A DNA stretch of 63,505 nucleotides, filler included, from Phoronis australis (taxonomy: Eukaryota; Animalia; Phoronida): assembly GCA_002633005.1 (NCBI GenBank). It is 5 parts of 5 records of this genome, joined end to end, with 100 filler letters (N's around TTAATTAATTAA, not from the genome) between each part and the next. Parts side by side here need not be neighbours in the genome. Positions count along the whole stretch, not along the records: positions 19,477 to 39,629 come from NMRA01000094.1; positions 39,730 to 43,760 come from NMRA01002739.1; positions 43,861 to 62,044 come from NMRA01001005.1; 2 more parts are not named here. One strand, 5' to 3'. The first letter of the stretch is position 1. Every line of letters begins with the position of its first letter. Shown here one piece after another: positions 37,987-50,963 of this stretch. The notes below the pieces were generated by a model, which saw only the letters and a list, made by a program, of their open reading frames with translations, had not been told where the DNA came from and ran no database searches. The position numbers and the translations under genes are program-made.

Positions 37987-39364
37987 ACAGAAGCAACGCG
38001 GAGCATTGAAATGCGCCCACGAATGTATCGCAAATGGTGTGCTTTTAGAGTTATTTGTATCATAAAAATGGCCACTAGATGGCGCAAAAACGTACAATCC
38101 ATCCAAAAACGGGAACATGCCATATTTCATAAAAATCTGCCAACGAACTTCAGAGAAACAAAGGAAAACAGAACAAAATGAAATTGCCACTTGTGGGCAC
38201 AGCGTCCGTTCCATCCGCCTGAGTCGTCGTCTGTTATCTTCATATACATTCACTTACTAAATTTAATAAAGATCCTGTAGTGGGTTTTGAAGATACAGCA
38301 GTGGGCACAGTAGTCAGTCACCATCATCAAACATTCTCTTCACACTGAAAACATGTACGCCAATTTTCAAAACCATCCCTAGAATGATTTGGTTGATCGA
38401 GGGGTGGACGTCAAAAACAAGATTTGAAAACAGCAAAAATGGCCACCAGTAGGCGCAAAATACCTCGATTTCATCCAAAAACAGGATGCCTATAATCAAA
38501 ATTTTATGAAAATCTGTTGAGGAGCTTTGAAGATACAGACTGGTAAACATAATAATGCGTCCACATATAAATATGTGGGCGCATAAAAAACTAAACTTGC
38601 CACAAGGGGGCACACCAGAAGTCAGATCCGTCCGAAAGTCGTCGTCGTCCATTGTCAACATCATAAAAATACACTTGCTAAATTAAGTAAAGATCCTGCA
38701 AACGGTTTAATAGCTACAACCGTGAGCACAAAAACAACAAAACTGCCACTAGGAGGTGCCACAGTAGTTGAACTCGTCGGAAAATCATCGTAAGCAGTCC
38801 ACTTCATAGTAAACACATATATGCAAATTTCCACAATTATCCTGAAAGCTGTTTGGCAGATAGATGAATGGACGCCAAAAAACAGACTCGAAATCAGTAA
38901 AACTAGCCACTAGGTGGCGCAAACTAGGTCGAATCCATTTGAAAACGGAGAGATAGCGTCACCTCATTAACAGATGCTTGTAAGCCAAATTTTATGAAAA
39001 TACGTTGAAGACCTTGGAACATACAGAGGTAAACGTAAAAAAAATAAAATTGCCACTAGGTGGCACACCAGTAGTCAGATCCGTCTGAAAGTTGTCGTCC
39101 TCTGTTGTTAACATCATATCAATACACTTATTAAATTTAGTAAAGATCCTACAAATGGTTAAGGGGATACAGCCATAGGCGCAAAAAAACAAAACTGCCA
39201 CTAGGAGGCGCCACAGTAGTCGAAATCGTCAGAAAATCATCGTCAACCGTCCACTTTATAGTAAGAACATACATGCCAATTTTCACAATCATCCTTTGAG
39301 CGGTTTGGTTGGTAGAGGGTTGGACGCAAAGAAACAGAATCGAATACAGTAAAAATGGCCACTG
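37987..39364 (-). mobile_element. DINE-1/HINE-like element(s), composite copy
   Basis: gagcattgaaatgcgcccac terminus, an internal terminal hairpin at ~38557-38590, and ~145-162-bp modules. Confidence 0.7.
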
Positions 39365-39629
39365 GGCAGGCCTTTATGCAGGGTACGTCCTGGGCGTCCA
39401 AATGGATGCCCTAGCACTAATCTGGACGCCCTGGCAAGGACGCCCAATGTATCATTTGGACTCCCACTGTCAATAGGAACCTTTCAAGTTTAGACTCACA
39501 CATTGTAATGAATACTAGGAAGCCTCTGAAGGCTCACAGTGGGGGCTCTTTTTTCAAAGCAGGAAGAAATATACAATGTATATACAAAGTATATACAATG
39601 TTGCTATGTTCACAATTGGTTGATAGCAT

Positions 39630-39729
39630 NNNNNNNNNNNNNNNNNNNNNNNNNNNNNNNNNNNNNNNNNNNNTTAATTAATTAANNNNNNNNNNNNNNN
39701 NNNNNNNNNNNNNNNNNNNNNNNNNNNNN
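39630..39729. other. Artificial contig-joining linker
   Basis: N44-TTAATTAATTAA-N44. Confidence 0.97.
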
Positions 39730-40581
39730 GGAATCGGGTGGTATTTTGTCTCTGGAAAATTTGTGGAGGAGACCAAGAAATGGAATGGATGCTTTTCATT
39801 TCTTTGGTTTTGTATCTAATCTTAAAGTGTCCAAGGTGTCGCACCCGTAAACTCAAAATGAATCTTCCTTAGATTGAACTTCCTGTGCGTGAAATAATGT
39901 GAAAACACAGGCTCTGGTGAGCAATTTATTAATGTCAACTTTTCGTGTTTAAGTCCTGTACTCGCTCTCCCATTATTACAGGGTCAATATTTTGATGATG
40001 CAAAAGCCGAATGCGTGGACAAGTCTCAGTGTAAATGCCATTTCCGTGGACGACAGCTGAACGAGAGATGGGAGGAGTGCAATCGATGGTAGGCGCAGTG
40101 CATTTCAGTTGATCCAGTCTAGTTACATACATAAATTAATGTTCCAAGATTTAAGTTGTACAATCTTACGTGCAAAGTAGGTTTTGTCAAAGACAGAGTC
40201 AGGCACAGGTGAGGTGTCCCCATACTTGTCTGGTGAATTTTGATTGTTGCTGAAATATTGAAAAACGTTAGGTTCTACATCTCATTTTACGTCCATCAGC
40301 TATGAATGCTTCTTTACTAGTTGGGATTATAGTAGCCACTTACCACAGAGCCTGGACTTTCATGACTGGCTTTTTATTTGGAAATAAGGGAACATGGATG
40401 GCTGCGATTGATAGCTGCTGCCTTTTCCTGGAAACATTATTTCTGGCCCACTTTAGGTACTGCACACTACAAACTGAATCCATCATTGAAAATCAAACTT
40501 TTCTACTCTTTTAAAAGTGTATTTTACTAGAAGGTAGTTCTTGATTGCTCGTAAATGAGAACCTTGTTCTTTCTATTGTAG

Positions 40582-40628
40582 TGTCTGCAATGGTGGAGAA
40601 TGGGAGTGTGAGAATAAAGTTTGTCCAT
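40582..40628 (+). CDS. TIL/VWD Cys-rich secreted protein (mucin/vWF/SCO-spondin-like), internal exon
   Basis: tgtag|T VCNGGEWECENKVCP T|gtaag, 47 nt. Confidence 0.8.
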
Positions 40629-41087
40629 GTAAGGAGCTTTATTTTACTTGAGCTTTGGGTTCGAGACTAGTAAATGTGTTGTCCACAGTAGTATCACTTA
40701 GTTACTTGCAGGAAGGGTCGAGCAATACTGTAAAAGATACTTTCTTTTTTTAATCACTTTTTTCTAAGGTGAGCAAAAATTTCGGTCCCAATCTTCTCAA
40801 ACTTCTCAGAATTAATACTTGACGTTTAGATGTAAGCTCAGCTAGGGACGTATCATGAATGCTATATGTGTTTCGGTTGCTAGATCTTTTACCTCAAAAC
40901 TGGTGACTAGAGAATTTGCTTGTGGTTATCCTTGCCACTCAATTGAGTTTAGTGTTGAATTTCACTTGACTTATTTGTTAACAACTATTAGTCATTTCAT
41001 ATCTGAGGACGGAGGACTATAGTTGTTGAAGTATCCTGTGAAATAAACAGTGTGTCAATAATTTATGTATATGTGAAGATGTATATT

Positions 41088-41314
41088 TCTGCATTGAAAT
41101 AGTGTATAATTCTGCATTGAAATAGTGTATAATTCTGCATGGAAATAGTGTATAATTCTGCATTGAAATAGTGTATAATTCTGCATTGAAATAGTGTATA
41201 ATTCTGCATTGAAATAGTGTATAATTCTGCATTGAAATAGTGTATAATTCTGCATTGAAATAGTGTATAATTCTGCATTGAAATAGTGTATAATTCTGCA
41301 TTGAAATAGTGTAT
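41088..41314. repeat. 23-bp tandem repeat, ~10 copies
   Basis: Unit tctgcattgaaatagtgtataat. Confidence 0.92.
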
Positions 41315-42301
41315 GTGGCCGGCAGTATTTTTCACAAACTGTCAACACCCATGTTCATTTTAATAGCTATGGTCATGCCCAACAGTTTTGTAGGACTCTA
41401 GAAAAATCTCCTCGTTTTTGCTAACTTCAAACATCGTATTTCAAAAATGACTGATCGGAATCGGATTCAATTGATACTTTCACATTGTTGATTAAAATGT
41501 TACTAGGCATTGTTTTTACATTGTTTAATTTTCGGATAAGGAGCTATCAAAAATAATACTATTGAAAATCGTAATAGCGTTTTCGAGACTTCATTTTGAA
41601 TATTTATATCAAACTGTAGTTGGTCATGATATTGATGACTTGATATCACCACATCTTTCTTTTTTGCCGATTTTTACTAAAATGTGTTGTCATGTGACTT
41701 GTCTAATGTCAGATTGGCAAAAAGTCAAAAATCAAATTCAACAGTGTTTTCTACTTTAGGAAAATATATTTTTTATTGAGTTAAAATCCATTATTTTTTC
41801 ATATTTTTCTCTAAACACACACCCTTGTCGGTAAGGTCTTGCATAACGTTGAGACTTTCTACACACTGAAGTGATCACCAATCAGAGGTTCAAGGCTAGA
41901 GCACATAGACTTTTGCCATGATTGAGCTGCCTCACAGCAGCTGTGTGTAAATTGTCAAAATAGTCTACAGCTTAGATTAGGAAGTACGACATAGCACATG
42001 TGTAATGTCCTCGCTAGAGCTTTCATTTTCCATCATATCTGATATCCCGTTTGTTGACCTTGACCGCTGTCATGACAAATATTTAGCACCAGGTGCACAA
42101 GTGCGACAAGGTGTCTTCCGATCAAATATGTTTGATATTCGTAAAAAGTTTTTTGTTGTGGTGATGTCGTGAACCAGAGCTCACGATACAATATTTCATC
42201 AGCAACCGTCTTCTATCAATGAAAAGGGTGACTTCAGGCTTTAGTGTATCACAGACTGTAGTAATTCTTTCTATTGGCGTTAATCGACATCTTGTTTGCA
42301 G

Positions 42302-42524
42302 CTGATTTCTGCGGAGTGGGAAAAACTTGGAGCAACTGTTCCGACTGTCAGCGAACGTGCTACAACTCAGAGTGTGCGTCCAAGTGCTTGACCGAGGGCT
42401 GCGTATGTGCCGATGGCCTGGTCCTTCACGAGGGCAAATGTATCAAGCCAGCTGACTGTCATTGCCACCACCAGGGCAAGTCATACAAAGAAGGAGACGT
42501 TGTACAGAAAGATTGTAACACATG
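42302..42524 (+). CDS. TIL/VWD protein exon (TIL domain + start of E/VWC-like module)
   Basis: CGVGKTWSNCSDCQRTCYNSECASKCLTEGCVCADGLVLHEGKCIKPADCHCHHQGKSYKEGDVVQKDCNT. AG/GT boundaries are in phase with both neighbours. Confidence 0.9.
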
Positions 42525-43229
42525 GTACATGAAACTGTATTTGCCATAGCCAAGGTCTGCTCTTAGATGGGCCAAGAGTGTTGAGAGACTTCACTGCAGA
42601 GACCAGAGTAGAGTACAATAACTGTCTTGCTTCTCTACTGCAACACTAGTGTTATTAAACTCGACACAGCTTACCGTCAGTGTCAGCGCTGCTTGGAATT
42701 CAGTGTCGTGTTTATCAGTCTTTGCAGAAGCATGCATCCCACCTATTTTGAATGGAAAGTCATCAATTGACAAGTTACTTGGAGTTGCAATAATTGTGCT
42801 GCTTAAGTAGCCTCTCTTTTTACTGCACTAAACTGTCTTCCTTCTTTAATTGCAACTTTGACACTGAGATGCATATTTGAATGATCCCGGCAGTGGTTAT
42901 GGAACAGTTTGACCCGTTTGCTTTCAGTGAAAATATTGGATGTGGTATTACAGGATATTTATTAGTAACTTCGGTTGAAATTTTGTTAGACTTTGATTTG
43001 CAGTATAGAGTATAGGACCATGCTGAACAGTGATTGAAAACTGGGTTTTATTTCTGTTAAACTTAAAGGTGTCCAGATTAAAGCATATCTGTAATTTCTT
43101 ATTCCTCTTCAATAGAACAGTTTTCTTTATTCTGTATTTTATGTGTTTACATACATTTATTGTCCGTTTTATTTGTTTTCTACAAGTTTTGTTATAGAAG
43201 CATTTATGAATTTTTGAAATTCTTTTCAG

Positions 43230-43276
43230 TTACTGCAATGGAACCTCTTGGATTTGCACCACAAAAGTATGCAAAG
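43230..43276 (+). CDS. TIL/VWD protein exon
   Basis: ttcag|T YCNGTSWICTTKVCK G|gtaatg, 47 nt; paralogous to the 40582 exon. Confidence 0.85.
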
Positions 43277-43545
43277 GTAATGTTTTAGTTTCATTAGGCA
43301 CAGTGACACTTTGTACCTACCCATATCAATATTCATAGTCATTATTTTCCCGGAAATTTTAGCAAAAGCTGACTATTGACGGCATTATTCAACTGCCATG
43401 GGCTTTAACCTTAAAACAGATTTTGCGAATGATAATAATTTTATTTTCGTACCTTTTTTGTGCATTTTATTTAGTTTCTTTGTGCGGTGTTACAGGCCCA
43501 TCACTGAATAACTTTGAGTCCCTTATTTATAGTTATTTAGCATGA

Positions 43546-43695
<150 letters not shown>

Positions 43696-43760
43696 TAAGG
43701 ACCTAATAATTTTAAAACTTGTGGCCATCTAGTCACAGCCACTCTTTGTTAGAGCTAGCT

Positions 43761-43860
43761 NNNNNNNNNNNNNNNNNNNNNNNNNNNNNNNNNNNNNNNN
43801 NNNNTTAATTAATTAANNNNNNNNNNNNNNNNNNNNNNNNNNNNNNNNNNNNNNNNNNNN
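43761..43860. other. Artificial contig-joining linker
   Basis: N44-TTAATTAATTAA-N44. Confidence 0.97.
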
Positions 43861-44145
43861 TAATATTGTTCAATACAATGGCACTGATGGGACCATATTA
43901 CTTGTTTTACAAAAAAGTCACCAAAACTGTTGTTTTTACAAATATAAGTTTACTAAGCTCTTTGGTGATTATTATGTAACTTCAAACTCAAATTTCTCAA
44001 AAATGTGCAACTTTATATGTGGGAACTTTTTAGATTTTGAAAACACTCTAATAAATGAAGTAATAAACACCAAATTAAAATTGCCCCCCTAAAGTACTCA
44101 CAAAAACCATTTTCTAGAGGCCCTACAAAATCTGGCCCACCGACT

Positions 44146-44593
44146 AAATCATCCTTTGAGCGGTTTGGTTGATAGAGGGGTGGACACTAAAAACAAGATT
44201 TGAAAACAGCAAAAAAAATGGCCACTAGGTGGCGCAAACTACCCGAATCTATCCGAAAACGAGAGGATAGCGTCATCTCACTAATAGGTGCCTACATACC
44301 AAATTTCATGAAAGTCCGTTCAGGACTTTTGAAGATACAAAGGTAAGCGTAAAAAACTAAAATTGCAACTAGGGGGCACACCGGTGATCGAATCCATCCG
44401 AAAGTTCGCTCATTCCGTCCCATTTATGAATGGAACATATGTGATAAATTTCATGAATGTATGTCAAAGGGTTTTGGAGATAGAGCAGCGGACGCCGGAC
44501 GCCGGACGAACGCCGCCCGGACTGACGGACGAACGGACGGACGGAGATGACGGCATAATGCGTCCACGTACAAATATGCGGGCGCACAAAAAA
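44146..44593 (-). mobile_element. DINE-1/HINE-like element, truncated
   Basis: Closely similar to 19760-20176, including (GGAC)n and the terminal hairpin. Confidence 0.75.
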
Positions 44594-44681
44594 CGAGTAA
44601 CAACACTCTTAGCATTTTTAACGACGCGTTATACATGTACCAGACCTTCTTCCAGTACAGCTTCCAAATAATCTAACTTAC

Positions 44682-45005
44682 CAGTCACCTCAATGGCCCC
44701 AGTTTCAGCTGACAAAGTAGCCTGCCTGTTGGACACGCGACACCTGAATTGTACACCGTCATCAGCTTCATCCAGGTTGACCGTCAGTGTACAGGTGCCG
44801 CTAGATGTCCCATCTGCGTTGTTGATGGCATTGAAAGTAACATTCTCATTTATGTAAGTGTATGTAGCGTTACCAATCCAGCGTGACCACACCAAAGTAG
44901 CTTGAGGTTTGCCCAGGTTGGCTGTACACGTGAGGACAGTCGGTCCTGCTCCACCAAGGACAGGTTGTGTGGGAGTTCCATTTATAGATGGCGTACCTGG
45001 AATTA
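44682..45005 (-). CDS. IgSF protein exon, C2-set (CD80/nephrin-like) Ig domain
   Basis: LTCTANLGKPQATLVWSR...LTVNLDEADDGVQFRCRVSN; phase 1-1 exon, 324 nt. Confidence 0.88.
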
Positions 45006-45920
45006 CTGATAAAAACAGCGGGATGGGATATGGAGCCGAATCTTCTCTAACCAAGCTCGCAGTTCAACCATCCTCCAGGTCGCCGCATCCATGGTTGTTT
45101 TTTGTCGTAACTTACTGTACTTTCCAAAATTCTTAAAAGGCTTACTTGATAGCTTAACTGTTAAATGATGGAACATTCATTTTCAGGAGCATAACGAAGG
45201 CATGTTTTGGTGATTTTGTCATTAGGCAAGTGTTGCTTCAGAGCACAGTTCTTAGAATGTTTTATTAAACATTGAGGGAATTGGGCCTGATGAATTAAGG
45301 TAAAAGTTTCAAAGACAGAACAAAACTCACGTTTTGCAAAGAAATCTCTCAATCGTATGTATCTCATTCGAGGAAGTGCTATAATTAACGAATTGATCTG
45401 TTCAAGACGGTCACGCTACGGACAAAATCATTTTACTTTCAACTAGGATATATTTTTATTTAAGGTCAGAGTTTGGCGAAATCCCACTGTCAGTAGAGTA
45501 TTTTATACTCAGTAATCTAAAATATTTGACGATTTCATTTGTCAATCTTTGAAACGAAAAAAACGTTTGTTGTGTAATTCACATTCCTTTTTTATTTAAC
45601 TGTGCTCGTATATATGTTTTTTTAAATTTTACTTTGAGCCCTGTCTCAAATGCAATAACGTAAAATAAAGTAAATTAGTCTTCTTGTGGCTCCAAACCTG
45701 TCATAGAGGGTAACTACAGTAAACTATACACTACTACACGCTCTCATAAAGTACAGACAATCATTCTAGCAAATTGTTTTTCAAGACCACAGTTCTCTTT
45801 GTGTTCTCAGGAGCTGGGATATCCATTTTTCATGCACAGTTATTTGACATTTTTTGGCCATGTTAATCTGCATTCTGTTGCAAACTGTTGAGTTTCAAAG
45901 AGAAAAAAGGCTGTACTTAC

Positions 45921-46283
45921 AATCCACAACAAGCCAGCTTATTGAATGTTCAGAACCGCCAACAATGTACACATCCACTAAGTACAGATCGTCATCGTCA
46001 AGAGTAACATTGGACAGTGTGATGGTGAACTCAGTTTTTCCATACGAGTAGTCAGTAGAACCACGAGCTGCATAGTCACCGTGGAACATTCCATCATAGA
46101 CAGGTGGATTGGGTGGTACAGTGTAGGGGGCTTCAAACACAGCAGTTGCGACTTTCTGAAGTAGAACTTTGCGAAAGATTTCACCACTCCCCAGTGCATA
46201 ACGTATCCTGAACGTAGCGTTTCCACCATTAATGCCGATGATTTTATAAGGTGTAGTCACAGTAAGGGCAAAAACAGTGATAT
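45921..46283 (-). CDS. IgSF protein exon, N-terminal V-like Ig domain lacking the canonical cysteines
   Basis: GINGGNATFRIRY...FHGDYAARG...FTITLSNVTLDDDDLYLVDV; phase 1-1 exon, 363 nt. Confidence 0.82.
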
Positions 46284-46422
46284 CTAAAAAGTGATAAATA
46301 TCTTATACTCAGACGCAAAATTGACATGACACAGATCCACTAATAGATGGTTTGTGTAAATGTGAACCAAGGCAAGCATTACACACCCATAGTCATACTG
46401 TCACACTCAACCCATTCCTTAC

Positions 46423-46462
46423 GCAAGCATGGTATTCTTGAAAATATAATAATTTGCTCCAT
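46423..46462 (-). CDS. Candidate first (signal-peptide) exon of the IgSF gene
   Basis: ATG..MEQIIIFSRIPCL C|gtaagg, phase 1, joins (H)ITVFALTV. The hydrophobic core is weak. Confidence 0.4.
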
Positions 46463-48179
46463 GTAAGAACACACTAGTTGATATTGTGAGTTAGTGTTTG
46501 TTTCGCCACTGTCTCTGTAATCTCGGCGTTATTGTTGAATAGAATAGACTTCTTGAAGTTATTAACTTTGACCAGAGCTATGAAACAACCAAGTCCGCCG
46601 TGTTTCTGTAATTTTGTTACAAATCTTTGAAGTTGTTTGGCAGACATTTGCTGAAATCAATGCCGGGTTCTCTACCATTCACTCTTAAATTACTGGGAGA
46701 TTTAATGCGTCGAGTTTGGCTCAGCGGCAGAGCGTTCGGCTGCTACTGCCGGGTTAATAAGTTCTATTCGAATTTTGATTTAGGCCACTTACTTTAAAGG
46801 AACAGGTCCAAGATTTTCTTTTGCCAAATAAGGGTAATTTCTGAGTTGAGAAGAAATACAAATTTGTTATGGCTCGAGACCAGGCACTACAAGTTGTCTT
46901 GGGGTGTCATTTTATGCAGCAAGCATGGTGCAGTAACGAAATTTCACTTTCCCAGGTCCAGAAAGCATTTCTCATATGGGTCAAGGACACATGGAGACCA
47001 GTTTTGTTAGCAGCATAGACATGGACCGCCAACTCCATATACTTTCAATGGACGAAATCTGTGCTTTTACAGAAACAATGACGTCATTATGCGCTAGCGA
47101 CACCTGGCCAAATTATCTGGTGTTATTTCCGGCATGTACGTCGTCTTCTAATCACAGTCGGCTGTTTTGTTGTCGCAGATAATGTTGGAGAGTGACGCCT
47201 CCTCTAGGGTAGTACCCAAGAAAATGTCGTAGTTGCAAAGCTTTTGTCTATAATCTATGGTAACGGTAACTGATCCAGGATCACAGGCACCAGGTATGAG
47301 AGAGAAGATGACTATATGGTTTGAGTAAAGCATGTAATGTAGAGAAGACAGGAAGTAAAACAACTAAAACAATTTTACAAGTGCGGCATCACAGTCAGTG
47401 TTGTGTCTCAACGCTACTGGTTTTAACAGGGTATTAATTTTTAAAAGTACTGCATATCGCATCGGCAGTATTCTTGGCACATTATAAAAACGTATTACAC
47501 TAAATAGGCTATAGACAATTCAACTCTAGGACAGCCTATAAAATCACTTCCGAGGCTACTTTGTGGGGGTCAATGTAATTTTGATGGTTTTAGTGTCATT
47601 AAGTGATAAACTTTAAGAATCTAGAAAGCGCTCAAGGTTTTGCGTGCACGTTTTCGAAAAATTTGCCACAGAAAATCATTCTTTAAAAACTAACAACACT
47701 GACCATAAACAAAACGGTAATTTCACTTGTGTTTGTTCATTTGAAGTTACTAGAGAAGGAAAGTGATAAATATTACGAAAGTAGTTGGAAAGTGTTGAAA
47801 AATGAAAATAAATACTTTAGCGGCACCCCCTGTTGTCCGAAAAACACTATTGTATTGTGAGCTCATATCAAAAGAAGAATATTTTATCCATTTGGAACTT
47901 GATAAAGATTCGATATCTAAATCAATTCATGGATAACTTAACATTTCCAATGCTTCTTCAACCATCATCGCTTTCATTATAATTCGTAATTCTCATTATC
48001 CACATTGTCGCTGATTGTCAACCCGTCGTGCAGGGAGGAGACATCGAATACAATAATGTTCTGAGAGACAGTCATGAACACATAGTGAGCACGACAGAAT
48101 GTTGCCGATATTTTCCATAATGTTGCAGTTTTTAAAACATTTAACAACACAACACACACTTATTAAATGACTTCTTCAA

Positions 48180-48962
48180 TACCATCATCGTCAGCAAAAA
48201 GTTTTGACACTGCGTTCACTCACTCACCCAAACTGTACTTTTCGTTTTCTTTTTAGGACATGAAAACCGATGGAAGCCATGAAATCTTAACAGAAGAGTA
48301 GTTTTTAAATTTTCAAAATATAAATTTTGTCAACAACAACCCAAGCGTTGAGCTATTCATGGGAAAGAAGTTCCCATCTTGGTATATTTGCTAATTATAT
48401 TGCATCACTAACTAGCAATAGAAGCTGGGTCTGAAAGGATGTGGATAAAACCGGTGATAGAATCTGGTTTAAAAGGCATGTTTCTGCCTGTGGGACCTAG
48501 TTCTTCATTGGGTAGAGAAATTAGCCATATAAGGCAAACATTAATCACTGAAAGCAGCACTTACTTAATGCCTTAAAATGACCTTATTGGACACCTCATT
48601 ACCATAAGGCAAATTGAAAGAGAATAATCCCAAATTAACAACATGCAGACCATGGAGGGCGCAGCACTGTCGTGCGCCGCCCATGTAATTTATCTGTTCA
48701 CAAAAAATACTGACCTTTCAAGGAGACTGTAACAACTAGGAAGAAGATGGTCAACGACAGAGTTGTCTCGTGATTCATAGCTGTTAAACGGTGTTGTAGT
48801 CAGAAGACGATCTGCTCCATTCTATGTACGCATATGCACACCGCCCATAAAGTGTGACCTGAACAGAGGAACAGTGTCGTTTGAGGTCACACTTGATAAT
48901 TCGCAACATGTTCTTAGTAGATCAATTGTGTTATAAACGGGTGTCACACACCGGTGCCTGCT
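48180..48962. repeat. ~0.8-kb direct repeat, copy 1
   Basis: Colinear with 54720-55572 (e.g. aatagaagctggg..tgtggataaaacc; actgacctttcaaggagact; gaacagaggaacagtgtcgtttgaggtcacactt). Confidence 0.85.
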
Positions 48963-49812
48963 AGCTACGGTAGGTGGTAACGACGAAATTCCTGCGAACA
49001 CTGTTAGTCTCATTTCGGTTTTCAGTCAACTTCTCCTGTTTGTACAAATCTCCTGCCACCGCGCCACATCGTCCCTCCTTAACCTAGGTCATCCCTAAAA
49101 AGCTTTAACCGGTCGTCATCACAAATTCAAGGCTTGGAATTTTCCGCTTAAACGCGGATTTCCGCTTTCTTCTCTTATTTACTCGGTGCATTTTTATTAT
49201 AATTCCGTGGAAAAAAATGGGATTTGCCATAAAATTTACGCGGCAATTTGGTTTCTAAGGGCGGCGTTGCCGACAACTCGAAAAGCGGAAACTGCTCTTT
49301 ATGTTTCGGAGGAACGAAAGTCGTATTTGCCGGGCACCTGGGATAGCGTGGTTCATCAGTGGTGTTTGCATATGGCATTAAATCGCGGTGACAAATAGTG
49401 CGATTCTGCGGCCAAAAATGCGTGGAGCTTGGAGTAGACTGAATATTTCGAGGAATAAGTGGATAAAAGAAACGGTCAGTGTGTTTGCAAACAACAAAAG
49501 TCACGGTTCACGATGACGCAAAAGAAAGAACAACCCTTTCTGAAAGGAAATTCAACAGTAACCGGTTATTCGTTGGATTGGAATCGTGGGATGTGAGTGA
49601 TGTATGGTATTGTTTTGTTTGATCCCACGTACAAGCCCGTGCCGGCCAGTTGCCAAGTTGGCTGCTAGCCCTGAGTCCGATTTCCTACGTGCGCCGGAAC
49701 GGGATACAAAGTGCTATTTTCGTTACTGCCAATGTGTTTTCAATTGCCTTTGCTGTATTTCAATTTATATTGACATTTTTCATGTTTTATTTTGTTAAAA
49801 AGTCTTATTTTG

Positions 49813-49977
49813 CATGGGCGGCGCAGCACTGAAAAACGTGGGGGGGGGGGGNNGGGGGGGGGGGGGGCTATACTCTCACAGCTCCCCTGTGGTGAACAGT
49901 CCATAGACCTTGGGTGGCAGAGCACTGAAGAAAGTCAGGGGCTATAGCCCCCAGTCCCCTATGGTGCGCCGCCCATG
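49813..49977. mobile_element. MITE with catgggcggcgca TIR and 5-bp TSD
   Basis: TIRs catgggcggcgca / tgcgccgcccatg; TSD ttttg. Confidence 0.8.
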
Positions 49978-50809
49978 TTTTGACGGACTCGAGTTTTGCA
50001 ATTCAAGAGAGAAGTGGTCGCGTGACAAGTTCTGAATAATCTTATTGGTCTAAACCAATATTTACATTGTTTAGCCTATTTTGAATATCCTTGTAGTTAT
50101 TTCTGATGTCACGTACCGTAGTTTGTTCCACACCAGCGAGGCTTATGAACAATTAGATCCTTTAATTACTGTTTGACACTGAAAAGTTTGTCCAACTTAG
50201 TATTGTGATTGATGTATTCTATAGTTTAAAGTATGTTGTTTTTACTTTCATTTTTCCGTGCTTATAGTTGGGGTATGAGCCACAGGTTTTCGTCTTGACT
50301 TTTTTCCATTTGCGTTGGAATTAATTTATTGTTGGAATTGAATGTGTATGTATTTCAGGCTTTCCAGATGCTCTCTGGGTCGATTTTCAAATTTTTATTA
50401 TAATTTTGTATCGTAATTATAAGAACTGAGAATAATTTTATAGGTTTCCTGCAGCAAATCAAGAATAAGCTTCTGTCACTCACACTGCAAATTTTGCATC
50501 ATTATCTTTATTATTTTAATTTAAAAGGATATCTTTTCTTGCATCTAATTGCCTCCATTATTATTGCTGAAATAGATGTCAGGTGCTGCTTAAGATGAGT
50601 GCGTTTTGTCAACACGACACAGTTACAGGGCATCTTATGATAATAATGTTTTCTTTCGATCAGTTGAGTTATGGTTGTTTAGATTGCAATGCGTATTTTG
50701 GGCAGTAAAAATTTTCTCTTTTTTGTCATGGGTCATTCCAAGTCCTGCAAATTCAACAAACAAAACTTCCCAGGTGAGGCGTGTCTGAGCTGCTCGTGTG
50801 CTGACACTC

Positions 50810-50963
50810 CAGGGGTGGATCCAGGATTTTGAGTTGGGGGGACAGTGTAGAGTATTAGACAGGATTTTCACGTTAGACAATTGTACCCCCGAACTGCCAA
50901 ACGGAATCAGAGAGAATTTCAGGGGGCTATGACCCCATTTGTCCCACTCTAAATCCACCACTG
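50810..50963. mobile_element. MITE with 5-bp TSD
   Basis: TIRs caggggtggat / atccaccactg; TSD cactc. Confidence 0.75.

Noticed and set aside
41017-41348. Three overlapping repetitive ORFs
   Set aside because: Translations of the 23-bp minisatellite.
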